64,000 nt of DNA. It comes from Octopus bimaculoides. Lineage: Eukaryota. The position numbers and the translations under genes were made by a program. Positions 26,394 to 39,852 of the stretch are shown piece by piece; within the stretch, counting starts at the first letter, position 1, and the number at the start of each line of letters is the position of its first letter. The stretch spans positions 13,213,421 to 13,277,420 of the forward strand of contig NC_068992.1 of NCBI RefSeq assembly GCF_001194135.2. The letters are read 5' to 3'. The notes under the pieces are model-generated. The model searched no databases. It was not told the DNA's origin and was given only the letters and a program-made list of their open reading frames with translations.

Positions 26394-29012
26394 GCGCGCG
26401 TACACAGACAAACACACGTATATTCACACACACACAATCATACGCAAATGGGTTGTGTTTCACTACGTTTTCATTCGTGTTTTATGCCACGAAATTCCGA
26501 TTTCATCAGGTGATTACAATTGAGAATTAAGCATTTTGAAGATCTCAATAACTCGTACATATCCTCATATGACTGTACCGACCCAAATCCGGTCAGAGAG
26601 GGAAGATACTAAGGTAGCATCAAGTCTAAAAAGAGCAACACGTGAAGAGGATCGAGGAGTGGATAGAAAAATTTTCTTAAATCACAAAAGTTATATGTAT
26701 GTATATGTATTTATATATATATATATATATGTTATTTGGAAACAAGGTGTACTGGATATCAGATGAGTGTTCTTGGTATAAGGTATATCTAGAAACTTAA
26801 AAATTACAGTAGAGATAAGTTCATAATATAAGCAATATTGTATTAATAAATAAATCGATGAATTAACTATGATCATTAAAAGTTTTTTTTTTAATTTTGA
26901 ACTTTCTTGTGATCGTTTCATGCATATACTAACTCTTAAAAGGAAATCTAAAGCTGAAAATCATCGTTGGGAAGTATGCCCACTCACCAGAGAAAAGGGT
27001 GGATTTCAGTGTACGAAATCGAATGAGGGAAATGCTATTTCAATTCGAATGAGGAAGTTTTTGCTTAAAAAGTTATTGCTATAAATCTATATTGGTAAAC
27101 ATTTTAGCTAAACAAAATTTTGAATATGTAAAATAAATCCATGGTAAATATCCGAGGTAAGAATCCGAGGTAAGAATCTATAATTGCTGTATAGAGATGG
27201 AATTTCCATAATACATTTCATCTTCCGTGTGTAATCCATAAATTTAAGAACTTTTTAGCTCAAATTTATACCAATACAGATTTATAGCAATAATTCTTTT
27301 TACAACTTTCTCATTTGATTTTAAGTAGCATTTTCTTCATTCGATTTCATTCACCTAAATTCATCCTTTTCTCTGATGACTGTATATACTTCCCAAAGAT
27401 GTTTATCAACTTTAGGCTTCATTTTTAGACGATCGTAGGAACTCCCAAAACCTTTTTAAAAAATATTTTAATGATCGTAGCTGTATTATTTATTTATTAA
27501 TCCAATATTGGTTATATTATAAACCTATCTCCACTGCGACTTTTAAGATATAGCTTTTCCTACTTTTTATTCTCTTATATATATGTATATGTATATGTAT
27601 ATATATATATGTATNNNNNNNNNNNNNNNNNNNNNNNNNNNNNNNNNNNNNNNNNNNNNNNNNNNNNNNNNNNNNNNNNNNNNNNNNNNNNNNNNNNNNN
27701 ATATATATACTCACATCTATACATGAATTCACGAATTACTATATGCACCTGTCATGTCTACATCGAATGTGCGAAATTCTCTGAAGTTGTTTATTTATGC
27801 AATCACATAAAGACAACCTTGACGATTGAATATATGTATCTTATTTCGGTGTATAAACGTCATGCAGTTTTGAAGTTATTGTTATGCAAGATTTTTGCAA
27901 TAGTGCTTTAAACTTTTAAATTCACTGACTTTAGCACAATTCACTTTTTGAAAATATATTTCTACAGTGGAAAGGAGGTCTTTGTATACGAGTCATAATG
28001 CATTTCTTAATATTTTGGTAAAATATATTCCTTATCTCAGTCATAGGTTATAGTATACTTGATCAAGGTGATAGGATCTAGTGATTGAAAAGTAAAGTTC
28101 TGAAACATTCGTTCATAATGCGACCAGGGACTTAGAGAGTGCAAAGTCGTTACTTATGTGGGCACTCTTGATGCTTTGCAATATAAATTAAAGTTCTGTA
28201 TGGTAGGATACAAGAATATAGTCGCAACCAGAGAATATATTTTTCTCCTATTCTCCCAAGTGGAGACTCAATTACTCCTGCAAGCAAGAAAAAATAATAT
28301 ATATGTTGCTTAGACCATTTCCTTGATATAAGAACGAAAATTCCAGAAAAATCACAATTTACTATTAATCGCAAATGTTATAATTACACTGAAATAAAGA
28401 AAAATTGCAGTAATATATATATGATGTAAATATTTACGATACAACTGTTGCAATGTAAAAAAAAAAGGCCACATGAGATCTGATGCCAATCATTTACGAT
28501 TTGGAAAAGTCTATCTAGGACGGCAGTTGTTGCAAATAATGCAAAGAAGCCCACCATATATACTGCCTTTTGCATTCTTATTTGTGGTGAAAGCTAAATA
28601 GCATAAGATGGATCCATTAAAACTGTAAAGAGTTCTGGGAAGATGACAATCTTAGTCAAATAGAAAGATAAAAATACATAGTGGAGATTTAGAAAAAAAT
28701 ATAATAGTTGGATGTGGATTTGTTTTCGAAGGGAATGATATTGAAAATTTATGCATACATTTCTTTCGTAACGTTGTGTTTATTTTAGAGAAAACAGATA
28801 ATTTATTTATCATGTATTGTCTTCTGAAGTGGTTTAAAAAAATAATTTACTGTATTATTTACTCTTAGATCGGATTGTTATAATATACATACATTTATGT
28901 TTGTGTGTATGTGTTTGTGTGTGTACATGTATACACCAATGTATATGTGCATATAGATATTCCACAAATATGTCCACGTACCTGCATATATAACTTCATA
29001 AATATGCATGCA

Positions 29013-29102
<90 letters not shown>

Positions 29103-30498
29103 GTATATATAAATATATATTAATATATTGATATACACGCGTGAGTGTGCAAAGATATAAAATTAATGGAGAAAACAATGGCAAATAGAAAGAAAAGAAA
29201 GAAATGATGATGCAAAATAAAGCAGAAGTATTATATAAATATATCGCAAAATAAAATGAAAATAAGATTGAAAGCGTAGCAAGAAGACAAGGAAAACGTA
29301 CAAACAAAATGGCGATATAAAATATTTTCAGTTATTTTGTACAATAACATAATCTATAAGAAATTATATTGTGTATATTGCGTTCGATGAATTCAAGAGA
29401 ACTTGGAAGCTCTCAACATAATAATGTAGTAATCTAAGAATAATACGGACAAGAATGTGATGGAAGGAAAGAAAAACTGGCTTGAAAATAGGAATATAAA
29501 TAAGAATACAAATAGAAAATAAAAGACAATAGCTAAAAGAAAGCAAATAAGAATATGAATCACAATAAGTATACGAAAAACATAAAACTGGTCGATGGCA
29601 AATTATTTTCCAATTTTCTCAACAAAAGAGTTATGGAAATTACTATGCTCCTTTATCTTAAATTATTTTAGCACATCTACAGTTAGTTTTAAAAAGATAT
29701 TCTTTTAGTGATAAATTGAATGTGTTGAAATCAATTCATTCTAATTCCAAACATTATTTTTTTTACTTCTTTTCTGGCCTTTCTACCCACTCTAAACCGA
29801 ATATATAAGGAGATAAACAAGCAAAACAAATTATAACAAAAATCATTTTTCTTTATTTAGAGTGATGGTTACCTCTCACTGTAATTCGTCTCCGAGATGA
29901 AGTTTCAATTCCCAGTTGACCTCTATCGATTTGCTTAATTCTGATTTCATGCCTTAGTATCAAATTTATTTTAAAATGAGGGACTGAGTTACAATTTGCC
30001 TTCTATGTGTGAGTAAAGTCATTAGTGATTGAGGAACAAGTAATGATTCAGCATTATTTACAAATTGGTCATGCCTAAAACACATAAGTCAGGACGGAGC
30101 AGATGTAGCAAACATATCTAGCAGAAAAGTTTGATTTGCATGTCAGTAAAGACATGCAATTTTCAAATTTCTCTTTTTACAATTTAAGTGAAAAACGCTG
30201 AAACGAATCATCAATCACAAACTCTATGAGCAGCTTACAAAACCTAAAACTTATCCTAACAGATTTGTATCAAATCTATTCCTCTAGCTTCATATGTTTT
30301 TGTATCTATCTCTACAGAATTTTTCTTAAATTGNNNNNNNNNNTGTGTATTTTAACCCTGAATCTCTCATTGATGTTAGAGAATGTTCAACTCTGTTAAA
30401 TAAAAGATTTTTTCTCTATATTTTCCTTTCTTGAATTTGTTTTGCTCTCTCTGCATAACCAAGTAGAAGCTTTCCAGTAGAAGCTGTTGGTTTTCCAG

Positions 30499-30660
30499 GT
30501 GTCGCAAAGCGTGCAGCACCGTTCGCCGAGCGCTCTGGTTGTCGGGCTTGGCATGGGAGCGGGCGGCCGCGCTGCTGCTGCACTGTTAGAGAGGGCGAAG
30601 ATGAAGGCGAGGTGACCCAGCCGCGGCTTACGATCGCAGGTTTATCGCACGTTCGAAATT
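30499..30660. promoter_or_regulatory. CpG-dense GC-rich island; candidate promoter, 5' exon or regulatory element
   Basis: About 20 CpGs counted by hand in ~160 bp, including GCGGCCGC at 30563-30570, within AT-rich flanks. No recognisable TE protein in any frame. Function is inferred only. Confidence 0.3.
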
Positions 30661-31632
30661 TTCCTATAACGTATTTAACATTTCTATATCGGATTAACAG
30701 CGATTGCACTGCTTGTAACTTTTTTCCTAGATCGGGATCGATTTTCAGTTAAAGAATTCCAAGGTACATCAGTAAAATTTTCTTTGCACATTCTCGCTTG
30801 CTTAAGCAAACAACACTTTTATCATTTATTTAAGAAAAATCGTGTAATCTTTATTGTTTATAGAAAATGCCAGTTTTATAATTTTGATTATATACTGGAC
30901 ACAATCTAACGATCTATAGTCCTAGTAATATTGTGGTTATTTCTATGGAATATAAAATAAGTTAAGGGGATTAATTCTTGGTTAATATTTCAACTACATC
31001 CTGACGGTACCTTATACATTATACAAAAAACTGCAAAACTCCGGAAACATTAATAGCAAAGATATAACTACAATATAAATTCCATTTCAATCACAGAATA
31101 AAGCAAATATTCAAGCTCATACCAGTTTCCAAAAATCAAGCCTAATATATTATATATAAAATATAACGAGTTTTTTTTTATCATGACTCTTTAAAATAAA
31201 TGGTTTCCGATTGGATAAACTTCCGCATTTTCTCTCGTTATGTCGATGTATTTTTAGTTATATTTAATAGTAGGGCGTTAACCCCGAAAACATGGCCATT
31301 AAACACAATGGATTGATAATTTTATTTTTACCTAAACATAAAATTCCATCTTTATGTTCTTACGATGAAATACATAATAAATATTTAAACACTGCATTTA
31401 GGATATTTCATGCCGCGTTTAATGTTTATTGAAATACAGATCAAAAACATAAATTTCATGATAAAATTTACTGTATAATACACCCACGCGCAGATAGGTG
31501 TACAGTTAGAAAAGGTAATCAGAAGCACGCTCTCATGGTGAAGTATACACATCTAATTACACAAACACACGTATACCTATATAAAAATGTATCCCTATAT
31601 ACACATGTATACCTATACAAGTGCTTCCACCT

Positions 31633-31787
31633 GTGACTTGGTATTCTAACATTGTCATTAATACCTTCTACAGTCTATCGATTATTTAATTAGCCGTACG
31701 AACAAAAAATATGCATTTATTATATCTGAATTCATGTACATATTCATGACTACTCGTGATACAAATATATCGGCCAGACCGAGTGAA
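31633..31787 (+). repeat. ~155-bp segment, copy 1 (copy 2 at 34315-34470)
   Basis: gtgacttggtattctaacattgtcattaataccttcta...ttatttaattagccgtac...ctgaattcatgtacatat...ccgagtgaa occurs at both loci in direct orientation. Confidence 0.85.
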
Positions 31788-32386
31788 ATTCAGTACAGAG
31801 ACTGTGACTACTCACCAAGCGTATCATTAGCCATTTTAGGCACTAAATGTATCAATATCTATTTAATATGTTGTGTGAATGTATGTGCGCCAAACCACGC
31901 GTGGGGATATGATTATATCTTCGTGTAAGATTGTACCAGTGAGTGTGTGTGCTCCAGAAAACGTAAGCGAGGGCGTTTGTACATCCATATCTACTAACCG
32001 TTATATCTAATGTTTTTTTTTCGCTGTATTATGCATTTGTTTCTTTTTGCATCTGATATGTGTTATTGATCTGCTATAATAATGAAACCGTATGCCTTAA
32101 TTTGCTGCGTTTAAACACACATACCAAGAAGAAATATTGCGGAACAGACGTTGTTTAAACGAGATACATTTTTTCACCTGAGGAGACACATCTACACCTA
32201 AGCCAGTTGTTCAGTACACCAGCCATAAGGAATCGATGCTTGATGGGTCTAAACAATTCTAGTGAACAATAAACATTCCCGTATCTTCCATCTCGCGTCT
32301 CTCATCAATCCAATATCCAACGAACACTGAGAGAGAGATCGTGCTTTACCCTTAAACTACCAGGTATATCCCTTACGACTAATTAA

Positions 32387-32508
<122 letters not shown>

Positions 32509-34019
32509 TCCAGCTAATGTTGGCAACTTGTTGTCTTGGTCGATGTCTAAAATCTTATCTCTTAAAAATGTTAACTGATGGTGGTATATGTATAATACTT
32601 ATGCAATATGTAATGATGTGATCTGACTTGAGATCTTGAGTAATTTCTTGAAAATTTGTATTGTAGTTAAATGCTAAAAATAATACAGATTAAAACAAAT
32701 TGACAAGAAATTTTAAAATAATGATGAGACAATGTTAATACGCTACACTCTGCTATTAACATTAGTGCATTACAATTGCAGTATCTCACTTCCATCTAGC
32801 TACAGCTTTGGCGGCTTACATCGTCAAGTATCCTGCTATTTATATTATATGGTGACTTGCAAGATTACACAACCTTCTTTATTTTGTTTTACCTATTATT
32901 TCTATTCTGTTAGCTCTTTCTTTAGGCAGTTGCTCTGGTGCTAGACGATACTACCTCGTATATTACAGAATATATACATCATGGTTTTTTCAAGAGCAAT
33001 TTTGTACTGCACTAAGCCGGTCAGAAATTTTGTCAAAATACATTCTCACCATTCTTGAAGAAGCTGTCCTCCTTCCTGTTTTTGCAAAGGATATTGCATT
33101 ATATTTCGCTGATGCTATCATTGGGAAATTTATCCTCGTACTTATCTATACTTCGTATTTTTAGCGAAAATGTTTTCTCGTTACATTTCATAAATATTCT
33201 ATCGTGCTGGTCTTCTTGAAGTAGCATTAGCGTTTCTCAGATCTATCACCTTTATTCCTATAATTTTCCCTCACCTTTCTCACAGCCAGTTTTTGCTGCT
33301 TCGCTGTCATGGAACTTTGGCACAGTTCAATTATACTTCGTCAATCGACGAATATTATGTTCTTGAACATCCCTGATTTTATATAGATGGAAATGAGAAT
33401 GAAAAAAATTTAAGTAAACCAGTTGTCTTAGAGGGACAAGTCACTCATGACGCTTCATAAAGAATAAATGCGTATTTAGAAATATAGAAGTCTTCTAAAA
33501 ATCATTTCATTTAACAAGGGGAATATGCGTTATTTTGTTATTACATTATTTTAAACTTTGAAATATGTTCAGGAGTATGTTTATTATTAAGTTTATTATA
33601 CGCATAATAATGAAAGTTCTGCAATCATGCATATGACAAATATGAATTTCATTGCTATTATATTTCATTATAAAAATATCTTATAAATAAATGCATATTT
33701 AATCTAAAATAATCATACTCCTTTATATGCTTACATATACTAAAATATTTACGTATAATAAAACAAAGTTTGGTAAATTTGATTCCATATTTTCTGCATA
33801 AAACAAATTTTGCATATATGAATTCAATGAATAAATTGAATAAATTTAACTTTCAATTCGTTTCTCTAAATACAATAACTGGAACGGAATTTTGTTCCGA
33901 GGAGAGCGTGCGATATGTGACAAGATCTTTTTCAGCGCAATTAATATTTTTCCGATAAGTACGTTTGAATTCAAATGTTTTTTGTTTTTTTTATATTCCC
34001 CAAATTCATTTTTTTTTAT

Positions 34020-34310
34020 CATTTACTTCGGTTATTAGATTGCGGCCAGGCCGGAGCACGACCTTGAAGAATGTTTAATCGGATAAATCTACTCCAGTAC
34101 TTAATTTGGTAAGCCTGGTACTTATTCTAGCGCTAAGTTAAGGAAAAATAAACACGCCAACAGCCATTGTCAATTGTTGCTAGGGGACCACAGACACACA
34201 CACGTATGTACAACAGTCTTCTTTCAGTTTTCATCTACCAAATATACTCACAATGCTTAGCTCGGCTCGGCGATATATTGGAAGACACTTCTCCAAGGTG
34301 CTCAGCCCGA
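34020..34310 (-). mobile_element. SINE family A, 5'-truncated
   Basis: The reverse complement contains gagcaccttggagaagtgtcttcc...gcattgtgagtatatttggtagatgaaaactgaaagaag...ttcaaggtcgtgctccggcctggccgcaatctaataaccgaag. Confidence 0.7.
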
Positions 34311-34314
34311 TCAC

Positions 34315-34470
34315 GTGACTCGGTATTCTAACATTGTCATTAATACCTTCTATAGGCTATCGGTTATTTAATTAGCCGTACATACAAAAATACGCATTTA
34401 TTATGCCTGAATTCATGTACATATCCATAACTCTACACATGTTATATGTATATCGGACAAACCGAGTGAA
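34315..34470 (+). repeat. ~155-bp segment, copy 2
   Basis: Roughly 80-88% similar by eye to 31633-31787. Confidence 0.85.
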
Positions 34471-35147
34471 CTTCGCCAAAGCGTTTGAAAGCGTTCGAAA
34501 GAGGCCCAAATCTGACGGCGCCAACTCTGGAGAGGATGGATGATAAGGCAGCACTTCCTATTCGAGTTCTTGAATTATGGCTTTGGTCATATTGGGGATA
34601 TGAGGACAGGCGTTGTCCTGTTGGATAAGAACGCCATTCCGCCTAATAGCCTATTCGCAGATTCGGAATTGCCTTTTGATCACAATCTATTACAATCCAT
34701 TTGTCTTGGCAATTCTCTGGTCGTTCGACGTGAATTTTCGTGAAAACGTTGATTCGCTCGCTGTTCACCAGTCTCAATTGTTCGACTGGTGACTGATCCG
34801 TCCGTCAGGTCAAAATGTCTATTTTTGAAGTGTGAAACCAACGGCGGGCGGTTTTTTCAGGCATTGTTCTTTCTCTATGCACAACACAAATCTCACGAGC
34901 AGTGTCGGAGCTCCTAACAACTCGATTAAATGCAAAAAGCAAATTGTGTCGAAAATGTGCAGTTTTGTCCAGTTGACGTTCCATTTTTAATTATCTGAAA
35001 ATACATGAAAATTAATAAAATACAAAATAAATCAAGACGCTATATCGTACAGCAAGTTCTCTTGTAACAAAACATTTTTCCAACGCTTATATTTCTGCAT
35101 ATGTTTTTGAATAATAAAAACAAAAATACTCGTGAATTATTCCCCCA
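34471..35147 (-). mobile_element. Internally deleted mariner (DD34D) transposase remnant
   Basis: ATG at 34984 gives MERQLDKTAHFRHNLLFAFNRVVRSSDTAREICVVHRERTMPEKTARRWF (HTH). After a large deletion it reads QQDNACPHIPNMTKAIIQELE*EVLPYHPSSPELAPSDLGLFRTLSNAL, i.e. HDNARPH-like and YSPDLAPSD-like motifs. A possible 5' TIR lies near 35125-35147; the 3' end is missing. Confidence 0.85.
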
Positions 35148-35629
35148 CACAACACACGAGCACACACACATACACACCCACCCACACACGAAAGAGAACA
35201 AAAGGGATTGAAAATTCCAGGCAAATGCCAAAAACGCACTTAGATTTAAACGAATTTAGCTAATTATATCAAACTATCAAACACCAATGAATGCAAGTAG
35301 AATGAATATCCAGGTAATCCCTCATGCATGACAAGTAGGTACAAATATCATTTAAAAGAACTTTGACAAATTCTATCTATCAAACAATTACACACATGGA
35401 GAAAATCACATCTTTAATTATAAAAAATTCTGCCCGTACCCTCTATATCTGTTTCTCTCTCTGTCTCTCACTGTATATATATATANNNNNNNNNNNNNNN
35501 NNNNNNNNNNNNNNNNNNNNNNNNNNNNNNNNNNNNNNNNNNNNNNNNNNNNNNNNNNNNNNNNNNNNNNNNNNNNNNNNNNNNNNNNNNNNNNNNNNNN
35601 NNNNNNNNNNNTATATATATGGGAGAATG

Positions 35630-35815
35630 TACGAAAAAAAACAACAACAGACGAGGACAGGTGGTGTAAACAACAAAAGGATGTATTAGTATGACGCTCG
35701 GGAATACGGAAAGTCTTTAATGTTTCGAGCTACGCTCTTCAACAGAAAGAATACGGAGAAAACAAGGAGAAAAACACGGAGAAAAAAAATTGAGTGGTGT
35801 AGGTCAACGATCTAA
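35630..35815 (-). mobile_element. Penelope-like terminal region containing a degenerate minimal hammerhead motif
   Basis: Minus strand 35749-35715 reads CTTT CTGTTGAA GAG CGTAG CTC GAAAC ATT AAAG (stem I, core, stem II, GAAAC). Family call is inferred from the established association between minimal hammerheads and Penelope termini. Confidence 0.5.
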
Positions 35816-37409
35816 TATATTGTACAATATTTCAGCATAAATTACAAGAGAAAAATAATATATAATTATGTTGAGTCACAGTTATTAATTCATTGGACAC
35901 CTCTAAAACGCATGTATAACCAAGACCACGTAATTCTGACTCAGTGTTTACTCACAAGGCATAGAGCTTGGTTGCGTCTTCTCGTACATCTGAAAATGTT
36001 AGCAAATTGTTTATCTATCCATGATATATTAAGTATATTGAATATTGAATTCTTTAAAAATTTAATCAATTAAGAAAAAAATATTAAAACTAAAAAATAG
36101 ATTTACTTTTTTATCCGTGACTCAAGAGGTTTAAAGTGAGTAAAACGCACTTGTAACACAAAAAAAGAGAGTATTGCCTTATAAATTTTTATTATACTTG
36201 GTAGTGTATCACTTTTTCAAGACGAAATAGTGTTCCTACCAGTAATTTTTAAAAACAAGTTTCTAACATGGTAACAGCTGAAAGAGAAGTGATTACGTGT
36301 GCTCGCTCTGTCTGCTACGTGTAATAGAACAAAAATATTGCAGTAAAAGGAATTGCACATTAAATAACAACTATTTTGTTTTCCATAGAATATCCCATAC
36401 TTGTTAATTAAATATGAAGTGTACCTGGTTATCTGATTTCATGTGTTTGTCTGCTTTTATTTATCCTCGTTACCATGTAATCAAATTGAACATCGATTAT
36501 TTCTGTGTTGCAGATATATTAGAAAGAAAAATAATCTAAAGAATGATACTTTTTTCACGATGGTAGAACCGAGTATGCATTGATTCAAGAAAATTTATGT
36601 TATTTTATCCATTTAATGTCCAGTTATCTCTGAATCTGAAGATGATTGCGTTTCAGCATATTCTACACCTTCAGTTCAGACATTGGGATTACATGGTGTG
36701 GTACCAGGGTATCAGTTGACGAACAGAAGTAATTGACGTGAAAAAATAAGATTATGCATAGATTACTTTTCCCCAAAAGTATTGAAGTTAAGATGGTGGC
36801 GCTAGTTTAGAGTAAAATAAATATGAATGATAGTTAAATATGCATTTTCTTAAAGTTACAGCAGTGCTAATATTCTTTAGATATATTCAGTTTCAATATT
36901 TATTCTACCTTTCTTCCTTATCCGTGTTTATTTAACTTTCATTCATTTTTAGCTCATGATAAAGAAATACCAATGCGTAAATATTACTGAATTTTGAGTC
37001 TTTTTGAAGACAATATAAAACATCAGAGCCTTCCCTCCTCCGCCTTCCCCTCCATCTTCTCTTCATCCCACCTTCCTACCTTGCTATCTTCCTTCCTCTA
37101 TGTTTTCTTCTTCCCGATTGGTGTGACTCAGTGCGAAACTGATACACGCTGCCGCTTAAAGAAGACAATATATTGAACGTAAAGCCACATATATATTACT
37201 TCGAAATATGAATTTTTTGCATTGTTTGAAAATGAAAAGTATCATCGGAAGTTGATAATGTCGTTAAGGGGAAAGACATAGGGATTATGAATTTTTTAAC
37301 TGGGAGGGGTGAAAATTAAGTTTAGCTGAAAACTAACGTTGATCACTAAGCGCCGGTACTCAGGGCCATTGGTCTACATCACAATGCATATCCCCACCTG
37401 GGCTCCCAC

Positions 37410-37690
37410 GCACATACACACACTCACACACTTCACACCATTAGTATCAACATACACACACACTCGCATGGACACACACAACACACACAAATACACAGTT
37501 CACACACCTCCGTAGTATCAACATACATACACATGCGTACGGACACACTTCACACACACACACACATGTACACTTCACACACACACACATATATACGCTT
37601 CACACACACACCCGTAATATCACATACACACGGACCGGATACACATAACACACATACCTCACACTCTCATACATACACACACGCACATAT
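37410..37690. repeat. CA-rich degenerate minisatellite
   Basis: agtatcaacatac-like anchors at 37443, 37514 and ~37616, embedded in CA runs. Confidence 0.8.
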
Positions 37691-39798
37691 ATATTCCTAA
37701 TATATATATATCTTCATAAGGGTGCATGTAAGTGAGTATCATAAAATTGATTCTTGGTGTCTGCTACAGTAGTCTTTCCTTCTTCATAAATTAAGCAAGA
37801 ACGAATCTCGAAGTTTTCAACTCTACTCCTCAATCAAATTAATGGCTTCATACGAAAGTTTGAAATTAAGATTGTTATTTTACATTTTCAATTATCCATT
37901 CTAAAGCATCGCATTATTCATAATCATACGAATGTTTTTTTTCTCCTGTCAATAATTTTCGTCTAGTGGTGAGTTTCCTGATAATGAAGCACATTGATGT
38001 TGTCAGATTTCCTTTTGTTTAAACTAAAACATGACTTGTTTCTCGATACAATAGAATATTTTCAAACTCATACAACTAAACAAATGTAACTGACTTAATT
38101 TCTACTACACGGTTGTTGGATTAACACCGTGATGCGAAATAATCCTAGTGCCAAAGCGGCGATTATTCCGTGCGAACTTTGACGATCACACTTTATATTT
38201 TGCAATCAAATAATTTCAGTTGTGTTGTCTTGCAGTTTGGACATGATGTATAAAAAGTAATGTTAAGCCGGCTGCAAAACACATAGAATTATTTGATGGC
38301 TATGATGGCAGTGGATATGGAAATATTACTTTAAATATAACAACGCTACTACTTCCTATTACATCATTTCACAGAGTTTGGAATTAATGGCAATATTAAT
38401 ACAACTACTATTATTGTGACCGTGTGATTGTTTATTTGTCTAAACTTGATGTATGATTCCAGTCATAATATATCGTCCCCACGGATGAACTGGATATTTT
38501 CAGTATTGAAATGATTGATAGTCAATAAGTATATAGACGCGTTCAAATAGCAATATGATATATTGCATGAGGCAAAATTCCTACAGAAAATTACAGATGC
38601 AATAACGATTCAAAATGTGAAGATTGTAGCGAATATAAAATATGTTTGACAGAAAGGAATAAACTTAAAGTAGTATAGAAAATATGTTGGTAATGTTCTA
38701 AATGTATCACAGTAAATAGAGAAAGATTTAAAGGAAATGAAGATAAGAATAATAAAGTAGATCTTTGAAACTAAGTATCGATACATGTATGTATGTACGT
38801 ATATATNNNNNNNNNNNNNNNNNNNNNNNNNNNNNNNNNNNNNNNNNNNNNNNNNNNNNNNNNNNNNNNNNNNNNNNNNNNNNNNNNNNNNNNNNNNNNN
38901 NNNNNNNNNNNNNNNNNNNNNNNNNNNNNNNNNNNNNNNNNNNNNNNNNNNNNNNNNNNNNNNNNNNNNNNNNNNNNNNNNNNNNNNNNNNNNNNNNNNN
39001 NNNNNNNNNNNNNNNNNNNNNNNNNNNNNNNNNNNNNNNNNNNNNNNNNNNNNNNNNNNNNNNNNNNNNNNNNNNNNNNNNNNNNNNNNNNNNNNNNNNN
39101 NNNNNNNNNNNNNNNNNNNNATATATATATATATATATATATAAGTGCACTTTTCTGCGTGCGTGTAGCTATATGTGTATTTCTATATGCATACGTACTC
39201 ATGCAGACATTTTCTTTACATAGAATTATTACTGCATATAATTTTATTTAGTATAGATACATGCAAACACACACGCTCACGTATACACACAGGCATATGC
39301 GCGCGTACGCTACACACACACATACGTACACACACATATGTAATTGTATGTTTGTGGGCATGTATGTTTGTGTGATTATAAATCACTTGATAATTTTGGT
39401 TTAAAAAAGTTAACAGACGTAACTATACAGACCAAATGAAATGGAATTTTTTAAACATTTTTCATTGCTATAAATTGAAGTGAATTACTTGAAGATATTC
39501 ACTATGTACCATACTGCAGCATGTACTGAACGCAGTTAAGAAACCAATTCATTATTACTTTATGATGTCTTTTTCACAATTTCTGTTTTAATATGTATCA
39601 GGTTTATTACAAAGTGCCACAAATGAAAACATACAGCTTAATGCATACACATAATCATGCCACCTACAGTACACGTATGTATATACACATATATCAAATT
39701 TATATGCATATACGTACATAAGCATATATATACATACACACAACATAGATGCAGGCAAATACAGACAACACAGATGCAGACACACACACACACACGTA

Positions 39799-39852
<54 letters not shown>

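Noticed and set aside
27150-27175. Tandemly duplicated consensus donor (ATCCGAG|GTAAGA x2)
   Set aside because: All three frames upstream to the nearest acceptor contain stops. Best explained as a 13-bp slippage duplication.
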